Shown piece by piece: positions 28,601 to 35,930 of a stretch of DNA of 64,000 nucleotides. The translations under genes and the position numbers were made by a program. The stretch is from Candidatus Amesbacteria bacterium. GTDB taxonomy: Bacteria; Patescibacteriota; Microgenomatia; CAZETR01; Amesbacteraceae. The number at the start of each line of letters is the position of its first letter. The first letter of the stretch is position 1. The stretch lies in contig DAHWUD010000002.1 in NCBI GenBank assembly GCA_027331445.1, positions 77,018 through 141,017 on the forward strand, given 5' to 3'. The notes beneath the pieces were generated by a model. It was not told the origin of the DNA, made no database searches, and saw only the letters and a program-made list of their open reading frames with translations.

Positions 28601-29059
28601 ATGCGCGCCTGGCTCTTTCCCTTTTCCATCCTCATTATTGTCCTCATCTCCCTGGCCGCCATCTACTTTCACCCCGAATTTTTCGGCTCTTCTCCTCCCC
28701 TTATCACCCCTCTGGCCGCCCTCCCTCCTCCTTCCCTTCCGCCTCTCCCCTCACCCACATCCCTTCCCCCCTCCGGTGTCACCGCCATTACTCTTTCCGC
28801 CGCCGATATTTCCACCTCTTCTGCCCGGCTTCTCTGGACGCTGGACGGCTACCCCAATTCCGGCTTTGCCGTTTTGGTCTCCACCGCTTCCGCCCCTCTC
28901 TATCCTCCCCGTCCCGGTGATTCCGTTTTTACTCTTCCCGACCCTACCACCCGCACCTACACTCTCCACCGGCCTGCTGTCCCCTTTTATATCCGCATTT
29001 GTGTCCTCCTCTCCTCCGCCACCTGCGATACTTACAGCAACCAAATTTCCCTTCCTTAA
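28601..29059 (+). CDS. Membrane-anchored protein with FN3-like beta domain
   Basis: N-terminal TM helix, Pro-rich linker, L.W...YIRIC...C..YSN. Confidence 0.65.
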   Translation: MRAWLFPFSILIIVLISLAAIYFHPEFFGSSPPLITPLAALPPPSLPPLPSPTSLPPSGVTAITLSAADISTSSARLLWTLDGYPNSGFAVLVSTASAPLYPPRPGDSVFTLPDPTTRTYTLHRPAVPFYIRICVLLSSATCDTYSNQISLP

Positions 29060-30354
29060 GCCAAAAGTTCCCCCATCCGCTCCTCTGTTCTTTCCGCCGT
29101 TTTCCGGTCCTCCTCAAAAATCACATAGGCTAGCCTGCCCAACTTTAATGTCCTCTCCTCCATAATTACTACTCCTTTATTTTTCTGTTTGTCCCACCTC
29201 ACCGGTTCCAGTCTTGAAATTACCTCCCCCCAACTCATCACTCTTCCCATCTCCCTCCAGTTATTCGACACCACAAAAATCTTCTTTTGAAAATCCCTGC
29301 CGTACAGTTTTTGCGCCAGTATAAATACATGTGTCCCTCCCGTCCGTCTCACATTTGATTCTGTCACATACAATTTTCCCGATTTCCCCGCCACAAAATC
29401 CACGTCAAAATATCCCCGGTAGCCTTTTGCCGCATATTTTTTTCCTAACCACCTGACCGTTTCTTCAATTTTTTTCTCGACCTCTCCCGGCAGTACTCCC
29501 GCCCCGATTTCCATCCCCGCAAACTCGCCTTTCCTCGTCACCCGCATTCCGCAACTGTACAAAAATTCCGTCTCCCCCGTCTTTCTCACTACCATCTCCC
29601 CGCTGGGGAATCCTCCGCCTATTTTCTCCTCTGCCTCGATCCACTCCTCCACCACCAGGGGAAATAATTTCCAGTAGTCATTTTTTGCCAGCTCTTCGGC
29701 GATCTTTTTTTCCGCGCCTTCCGCTTCTTCTTTTCTCACTATCAGCACCCCCATCCCCGAATGTGCCTTGTTCGTCTTTATCACCACCCCTTTTCCTGCC
29801 CGCAATTTTTCCTTGGCCGCTTTTATAGCCGTATTTACACTCCGGCAAACCACTCCCGGGGCCATCTCTACCCCCCATTGGCGAATCCCCGATTTGCTGC
29901 CGAAATTATCCACTACCCATCCGTCTTTCTCTTCCGGGGCCTCCGGCGTAGCCACTTCCACTCCCTCACTGCGCAACGCCCTCACCAGATTATAAAACCC
30001 TTTCGATACGCAATAACTGACCAGATTTATCCCCCCGTGTTTTCTTCCCAAAAACCCCAGTCTTTCCCGAAATCTTTCATCACCTATTATACTCTGGCAT
30101 ATCAATCCGTTTCTCACCTCCGGCACCCATACCTGTACCCGATCTCCCCGGATTTCCTCCGCGTATTTTATAAATTCTGCCGCTACCGGCCGGGGGCAGA
30201 TTGCCACCGCTTCCCCCTCCCGCAGACACCAAATTTCCCGATCCCCCAGACTCGCATTCTCATCGATTTCTCTTTCCCGTACTCCCTCATCCGAAATCGC
30301 CTGAATAAACGGCCACACGTCTTCCGACATGTTAAAAATATCAACTGTCACCAT
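29056..30354 (-). CDS. ATP-grasp family ligase with pre-ATP-grasp-like N-terminal region
   Basis: SK, VIK...HSG.G, VVEEWI, GYFDVDF, ESNVR. Confidence 0.75.
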   Translation of the reverse strand: MVTVDIFNMSEDVWPFIQAISDEGVREREIDENASLGDREIWCLREGEAVAICPRPVAAEFIKYAEEIRGDRVQVWVPEVRNGLICQSIIGDERFRERLGFLGRKHGGINLVSYCVSKGFYNLVRALRSEGVEVATPEAPEEKDGWVVDNFGSKSGIRQWGVEMAPGVVCRSVNTAIKAAKEKLRAGKGVVIKTNKAHSGMGVLIVRKEEAEGAEKKIAEELAKNDYWKLFPLVVEEWIEAEEKIGGGFPSGEMVVRKTGETEFLYSCGMRVTRKGEFAGMEIGAGVLPGEVEKKIEETVRWLGKKYAAKGYRGYFDVDFVAGKSGKLYVTESNVRRTGGTHVFILAQKLYGRDFQKKIFVVSNNWREMGRVMSWGEVISRLEPVRWDKQKNKGVVIMEERTLKLGRLAYVIFEEDRKTAERTEERMGELLA

Positions 30355-30552
30355 TCATTTAATATACAGCATTCGGCCGGCATTTCATTTATTGATTTCT
30401 TGACAACTTTTCTTCCGGGCCTTAATGTCAACTCAGTCTCGTTGTTAATTCGACTTTTAGCCACAAGTTGAAACGTTTCATCCTGGTCTCGTTATCGTTA
30501 GCCTCTCGTAGTTAACCAAACGCCGCATTTTCTGCGATGTTTTTTTGACCGA

Positions 30553-30562
30553 AAGGAGGTGA
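30553..30562 (+). promoter_or_regulatory. Strong Shine-Dalgarno sequence
   Basis: aaggaggtga 6 nt before TTG 30569. Confidence 0.8.
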
Positions 30563-30568
30563 ACAAAT

Positions 30569-31365
30569 TTGAAACGTATCCTATTAGGGTTGCTCGTTAC
30601 CGGAACGGTCGCCGGCGTCGCCACTCTGGCCACCAACGCCTTCTTTACCGACACCGCCACTTCCACAGGTGACACCCTTCAGGCCGGTAATCTGAAGTTG
30701 CAGGTCAAAAGCGACTGTAGCTACGACGGTATCGCCAGCGCCTCAGGCTGCGGAACTTTTGACTACACCAATGGCGTCTTGGACAAGTTCTTCAATTTCC
30801 AGGACGTTAAACCCGGAGATTATGGTGAGAACACCATTTCTTTCGAGGTCCTCAACAATCCCGCCTGGATGTGCGCCAATCTCGCCTTTAGTCCTGTCGG
30901 GGACATTGCCAATTACCTGCAGGTTTTCTGGTGGGTAGACAGCGACGGGGATAACGTCTACCAGAACTCAGAGAGCATTCTCTACCCCACGGGGGATATA
31001 CTTTCAGAACTCTCCATGACTGGTTAGCTCTGGGGGCCAAGTTCCCCACACCGCCAACGGCAAACTCACCCCCTCTGACCTTTGCCGACTCGTCCTGGAA
31101 TTGGGTTAGTGGTAAATCTTTTGAACCTATCCCCGCCGGCACCGAGCAACATCTGGGAGTCGGTTGGTGCTTTGGAAAAATCACCTTGGACTCTACTAAA
31201 CCGGCGGGGTTTTCCTGCGACGGATCCGGCGACCAGAACAGTGCTCAGGGAACAAGCGTGGTCGGTGATTTATCTTTCAACATTTCCCAGTCCAAAAATC
31301 AACCCACTTTCCTTTGTCCCGAAAGCCAGTTGATCAATCGTCCGCCGTTGACGCCAACACCCTAA
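30569..31365 (+). pseudogene. TasA-like SipW-substrate protein split by a frameshift (possibly an assembly error)
   Basis: Signal peptide plus AFFTDTATSTG..LQAGNL.L and DVKPGD; protein-like sequence continues in the -1 frame (GWCFG, CDG, AQG, FLCP) to TAA 31365; one extra G in the G5 run at 30991-30995 restores the frame. Confidence 0.75.
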
Positions 31366-31371
31366 GCTTTT

Positions 31372-31436
31372 TTCACCCTCTGCCCGGGTGAAGGACAGCT
31401 CACTGGCCCTGTAGGAATTCGGGGCTAGTCAGCTGT
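31372..31436 (+). other. Two intergenic hairpins between tasA-like and sipW-like genes
   Basis: ttcaccc/gggtgaa, and acagct..ctggccct/ggggctag..agctgt ending immediately before ATG 31437. Confidence 0.55.
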
Positions 31437-32588
31437 ATGAGTAAAGTTGTCAAAATCATCTCCGACGTTTTGTTCATCACCGGCCTTCTCATCGCCGGAT
31501 TAATTCTTGTCAGCCGCTTTACTTCCTTCCATCCCCTCCGGATTTTCGTCGTCTCCTCCGGCTCCATGACCCCCGCCATTCCGACAGGTAGTATCGTGGT
31601 CACCGTTCCCCAAACGCACTACCGAGTCGGCGATGTGGTCACTTTTTATACCGGCAACGATAACAAAACTACCACTACCCACCGCCTGGTCGCCCTCGGT
31701 GACGGCGTCATCAGAACTGCTGGTGACGCCAACTCCCAGCCCGACCCCGCCCTCACCCCCGCTTCCCAAATCATCGGCCGGGTTTACTCCTCCCTGCCTT
31801 TTGTCGGCTATCTCGCCGGTTTCGCCCAAACCCCCCGGGGTTTTATCCTCCTGGTTATCGTCCCCGCCACCATTATCGTTTACGAAGAACTCAGGGGCAT
31901 GTTTGCGGAATTTAAAAAGCATTTAAAAAATCTCCCCTCTCCGAAATTTTGGAGAGAGGCCGGAGGTGAGGCGGCAAACCCCGCCATTATCCTCCCCGTC
32001 ATTTTCGGAGGCCTTATTTTCTTTACCTTCTCTGGTTCCTTCTTTACCGACACCGCCACCAGTACCGGCAATTCCTTTACTGCCTGGATCCCCACCCCCC
32101 CACCCCTTCTTCATCTGGTCATCAACGAAGTTTCCCCCACCGGAAGAGATAAAAACGAGTGGGTTGAACTTTTTAATCCGACTAATTCATCCATAAATAT
32201 TAGTGGTTGGAAAATTGCCGACGCCTTAACAGACGACACTTTTCCTGCAACCACTTCAGCCATTCCCGCTAATGGGTTCGCTGTCCTCATCGGCAATAAT
32301 AGTAATGTCTCGGGTATTCCCCCGTCTGCCCTAAAAATCACTCTCACCAACGCCACAATCGGCAGCGGCCTAAACGATAGCGGTGATACCGTAACCCTCA
32401 AAAATCCCGCAGATTCAGTTATTGATCAAATGAGCTATGGCAATGCTTCACCTTCGGCCTTCCCCTCACCTCCTGCAGCCCCCAATTCGGGAAAAACTGT
32501 CTCCCGGCATCCTAACGGGGTGGATACCGACACCTCTTCCAACTGGCTGACTAATACAAGTCCCACCCTGGGCACCGCCAATCCATGA
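31437..32588 (+). CDS. SipW-type signal peptidase I fused to a TasA-like motif and a lamin-tail domain
   Basis: SGSM.P, THR, GDAN...D; internal TM plus SFFTDTATSTGNSFTA; LTD motifs INEV, EWVELFN, I.GWKI.D, L.D.GD...L, PTLG..N. Confidence 0.85.
   Translation: MSKVVKIISDVLFITGLLIAGLILVSRFTSFHPLRIFVVSSGSMTPAIPTGSIVVTVPQTHYRVGDVVTFYTGNDNKTTTTHRLVALGDGVIRTAGDANSQPDPALTPASQIIGRVYSSLPFVGYLAGFAQTPRGFILLVIVPATIIVYEELRGMFAEFKKHLKNLPSPKFWREAGGEAANPAIILPVIFGGLIFFTFSGSFFTDTATSTGNSFTAWIPTPPPLLHLVINEVSPTGRDKNEWVELFNPTNSSINISGWKIADALTDDTFPATTSAIPANGFAVLIGNNSNVSGIPPSALKITLTNATIGSGLNDSGDTVTLKNPADSVIDQMSYGNASPSAFPSPPAAPNSGKTVSRHPNGVDTDTSSNWLTNTSPTLGTANP
31932..31972. repeat. REP-like hairpin embedded in frame in the sipW-fusion linker
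   Basis: ctcccctctccgaaattttggagagaggccggaggtgaggc; architecture similar to 14144-14190. Confidence 0.55.
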
Positions 32589-33451
32589 CTCAAAAAATCA
32601 TCACCGTCTTTCTTGTCATTACTGGTGTAGTTTTGATCGGCATCGCCCGGGCCGGTATCTCTCCCGTTGATTTCACCACTTCCGCCAAATCCGTCGGCGA
32701 TCTCACCGTCACCTGGCAAACCTCTCCCTTGTTTTACGTCGTCAATCTACTCCCCGGCGATACCACCCCGTCAAAAACCATCACCATCTCCAATGGCAGC
32801 CCCTCCCCCATCCCCTTGGGCCTCCGGGGCATAATTACCACCCCGCCGACTGATCCCGCCTTTACCGACCAGTTGATTTTAACCGTTACCCAAAATTCCG
32901 CTCCTGTCTGGTCCGGCTCTCTCACCCAATTTTTCCATACCCCCGGATTTGTTAATTTTGGCCTTCTCCCCAGCCGCGCCACCGCCACCTATCAATTTCA
33001 GGTCCGCTTCAGTTCCGCTGCCGATAGTCGTTACCAAAACGACCTGGTCGTCTTTTCCCTCTCCGTGGGTTACGGCGTGAATATCCCCGAACTCTGCCGC
33101 CGCATCGCCGCCCGGCCGGACGTCGAATACATTTTCGTTACCGGTAAAAATGCCAATATCACCGGTACCAACCACCCGGATATTATCTTTGGTCTCGACG
33201 GTAACTACAAGATCGAAGGCGGCAACGCTGACGACTGCATCGTCGTCGGCAACGGCAACAACCGTATTCATGGCAACAACGGTAATGACATCATCATTGC
33301 CGGCAACAATGATATCTACGGTAACAATGGCAATGATTACATTTCCGTCAGCACAGGGACCAATCGCATCGATGGCGGCAATGGTACCAACACCTGCCTC
33401 TCTGCCGCCCCCTCACGTACCACCTTCCTCCACTGCTCTCCCAAGAAATAA
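32585..33451 (+). CDS. Exported TasA-like protein with RTX-like Ca-binding repeats
   Basis: NLLPGD, F...A...YQ, then I.GGNADD / I.GNNGND / I.GGNGTN repeats. Confidence 0.75.
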   Translation: MTQKIITVFLVITGVVLIGIARAGISPVDFTTSAKSVGDLTVTWQTSPLFYVVNLLPGDTTPSKTITISNGSPSPIPLGLRGIITTPPTDPAFTDQLILTVTQNSAPVWSGSLTQFFHTPGFVNFGLLPSRATATYQFQVRFSSAADSRYQNDLVVFSLSVGYGVNIPELCRRIAARPDVEYIFVTGKNANITGTNHPDIIFGLDGNYKIEGGNADDCIVVGNGNNRIHGNNGNDIIIAGNNDIYGNNGNDYISVSTGTNRIDGGNGTNTCLSAAPSRTTFLHCSPKK

Positions 33452-33473
33452 GGAAACCCACCACGTGACCATT

Positions 33474-33494
33474 AAAAAATCCCCTCTCGGGGAT
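33474..33494 (-). terminator. Intrinsic terminator of the major pilin gene
   Basis: Minus strand reads atcccc-gaga-ggggat-ttttt. Confidence 0.7.
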
Positions 33495-33500
33495 CTTCAT

Positions 33501-33518
33501 CCTGAGCTTTTCGAAGGA
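33501..33518. repeat. cctgagc-N-cgaagga REP-like unit
   Basis: cctgagcttttcgaagga; related to 22545-22563. Confidence 0.55.
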
Positions 33519-33986
33519 TTACCTGGTTACTGAGATATTCGGATCCAACTCCCCCGCCGGAGCCGCTACTGTGATCCTGCTGTTGGCAGCACTTCTCACG
33601 ATGGTGTAATTCGTATCCCATGCTGCAGCAGAACAGGAAGCAACGGGCAAACCATTATTGGTAAGAGGATCCACCGGCAACGCCGCCAAGTAGTCTGACA
33701 CCAAACTCGTACACAGATTCGGCATATTTGTACTGTTAATATCGGTCACTGTCGTCGTAATCTCCCCCCCGCCTGGCAACAAACCTTTGTGATCTGCCGC
33801 ATACTGGTGGACCGCATTCAATAAAGCGTTTACGTCACTCCGCCTCTTGGTGTCGTTTGCCTGGGAAAACTGTCTCGCCGGGTTAATAGCAATCAGCACG
33901 ATCGTCAGTAACACTGCCAACACTCCAATAACCACCAGCAGCTCGATCAAGGTAAAGCCTCTTTTCATCCGGGCAGGATAATTCAT
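33519..33986 (-). CDS. Type IV major pilin
   Basis: G/FTLIELLVVI class III signal, D.KR.SD, LP.DP; the start may be 33968. Confidence 0.92.
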   Translation of the reverse strand: MNYPARMKRGFTLIELLVVIGVLAVLLTIVLIAINPARQFSQANDTKRRSDVNALLNAVHQYAADHKGLLPGGGEITTTVTDINSTNMPNLCTSLVSDYLAALPVDPLTNNGLPVASCSAAAWDTNYTIVRSAANSRITVAAPAGELDPNISVTR

Positions 33987-34027
33987 TAGTACTAGCGTAA
34001 ACCATATCCTAAGTCCTTGTCAAGGGG

Positions 34028-35083
34028 TTACTTTCCCACAACCAGCACAATATCAAAACCCGATGAGGCACTTTCCGTTGCATTTACCGTGCTCCACGTT
34101 TTTTTCAGCTCATCAGTCATCACCTTCCTGAATGTTTCCGGTACTTTAGCTGAAAATGTCACCGCCGCCCCGACGGTCGCCGGCCCGTTCCCGGTCGTGA
34201 TGTTGGCTATCCCCCACGCCCGCAGTTTGGCCTCCCACGACGCCGCCATCCCGTGCACCGCCGTTCCGTTTAACACCTGCGCCGACAGCGCCTGCACCTG
34301 GGCAGCCGAATAAGTCGCCGCCTCCGGCGTCGGACTGGCTATCATTTCCACCATTACCGTCGGCACCGGCCCCAGATTTATCACTCTGGGCCTCGGCTTC
34401 TTCCTGGTCAATGTCATAATGGCCACCGCAATACATCCCGCTACTACCGCCAGGACCAAAATTACCACCATTATTTTATGCTTCTCCAGCCACGCCTCCT
34501 CTTTATTAGAAAACGACTCATCCTCCGCTCCCCCGCCCGAAAAACTGCTCTCCGTCACCACATCCAGTTTTCGGTAAATTACCCTGCACGATTCCCCAGA
34601 AAATTGCGGCGGCGCATTAATCGTCGTCAGCACAAACCCCGGCACCACCGACATCAGGGGAAACTGCAGCTTCTCAAATACCTGCTGCAATGTTTCATAC
34701 AAATCCCGGTTTATCGCCACCAGTTTAAATCCGTTCCCTACCCGGAATAGTTTTGAAGATACTGCCGAAAACGGCACCGTATCTATAAATTTCTGCACTT
34801 CTTCCATTGGCGGCTGCTCCGGCCCGGGGTACGTCTTTTCAAAACATACCGACTCCTCCAGGATAATTACCAAAGGCGTCGGTTTAATCTTATTTTGCAC
34901 CACGAAATCCTGCAGTTTCGTTCTCAATACCTCTTTATTAATCACCTCCAGGTCAGAAATCATCTCCGGGGTGAATGCAAACACCACCGGCTCCAGATTA
35001 GACTTTGTGCATAAAGACAACCTCTCCCTGGACACGTCTACTACGATCGGAACTGTTTTGACTGATTTTGTTTTTACGGCCAT
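34028..35083 (-). CDS. Pilus-associated membrane protein with C-terminal LytR_C domain
   Basis: Cytoplasmic N-domain, one TM helix, VLNGT...G.A and DIVLVVGK. Confidence 0.75.
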   Translation of the reverse strand: MAVKTKSVKTVPIVVDVSRERLSLCTKSNLEPVVFAFTPEMISDLEVINKEVLRTKLQDFVVQNKIKPTPLVIILEESVCFEKTYPGPEQPPMEEVQKFIDTVPFSAVSSKLFRVGNGFKLVAINRDLYETLQQVFEKLQFPLMSVVPGFVLTTINAPPQFSGESCRVIYRKLDVVTESSFSGGGAEDESFSNKEEAWLEKHKIMVVILVLAVVAGCIAVAIMTLTRKKPRPRVINLGPVPTVMVEMIASPTPEAATYSAAQVQALSAQVLNGTAVHGMAASWEAKLRAWGIANITTGNGPATVGAAVTFSAKVPETFRKVMTDELKKTWSTVNATESASSGFDIVLVVGK

Positions 35084-35442
35084 ATTTCCTGCCACGAACT
35101 TACCCCCAACACTCCCTGGTTATAAGTCGTGGTCACTTGCACTTCCCGGGTAAAATTCCCCACCGTCCCGGTGGATGTGATAACAGGATTCGACCCGGCT
35201 ACAGTAATTGTGGCGGTCCCCGACCCCACTGTCAATGTCCCCCCGGTATATGCCGGGTTTCGGAGGAGCAATAATAGCGCATTCTCCGCCCCGGATTCAG
35301 CCACAGCCAGTGCCGTCTCCCCCTGCTCCCACTTTGACGCCATTTGCGAATTGGCAATGATCACCACTACCGCCGCCGAGGTAATCATGATCGCCATTGC
35401 CATAAAAATCAGCAGTAGTACCAGCGTTTGACCTTTTTTCAT
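35074..35442 (-). CDS. Minor pilin, PilX-like
   Basis: KGQTLV lacking E5; A...AESG.E.A; W.E. Confidence 0.82.
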   Translation of the reverse strand: MKKGQTLVLLLIFMAMAIMITSAAVVVIIANSQMASKWEQGETALAVAESGAENALLLLLRNPAYTGGTLTVGSGTATITVAGSNPVITSTGTVGNFTREVQVTTTYNQGVLGVSSWQEIWP

Positions 35443-35930
35443 CGTAGTGTCAGTACCTCCTCATAGTCTTTAACTTCACTTTTCTGCTCCAGACTGGTCG
35501 TCGTACTGGTCAGGGTAAAACTTACATCCACGCTTGGCCTTACCCCCACCGCCCCCGCTACCTCCGTCACCGTAAAATTACTGACCGCCGATCCGAAACT
35601 GGTCAGGTTTTGAGCTATGCCTCCCGCCGTCAGCTGCAGGTTACTTCCGCTGACGCCGTAGGTGTAGTAATTTACCCCCCCGATAGTCAGCTCCAGAGTA
35701 TTTCCTGCCTGTCCCGGCGTCGCCGGCACCACTATGGCCGACGCCCTTCTCACGTCATACCCTATTCTGGCCAGGATATATTCCCCGTCCTGCTGCACAT
35801 CCGAGGAGGCTTGTCCTCTAAGTTGTATCTCCAATACCGCAAATAGTATTTGTCCCATCAGCACCAACAAAATGGACATCAATCCCATATACAGGAGCAG
35901 TTCCACAATAGAAAACCCCTTCCTTATCAT
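35439..35930 (-). CDS. Minor pilin, PilW-like
   Basis: G/FSIVELLLY. Confidence 0.85.
   Translation of the reverse strand: MIRKGFSIVELLLYMGLMSILLVLMGQILFAVLEIQLRGQASSDVQQDGEYILARIGYDVRRASAIVVPATPGQAGNTLELTIGGVNYYTYGVSGSNLQLTAGGIAQNLTSFGSAVSNFTVTEVAGAVGVRPSVDVSFTLTSTTTSLEQKSEVKDYEEVLTLR

Noticed and set aside
30400-30560. Possible c-di-GMP riboswitch ahead of the fibre operon
   Set aside because: The GCAAA/GNRA consensus of class I is not found by eye.
33190-33390. ggcaac-rich repeats considered as a CRISPR or DGR-like array
   Set aside because: They are coding RTX-like repeats; no spacers, cas genes or reverse transcriptase are present.
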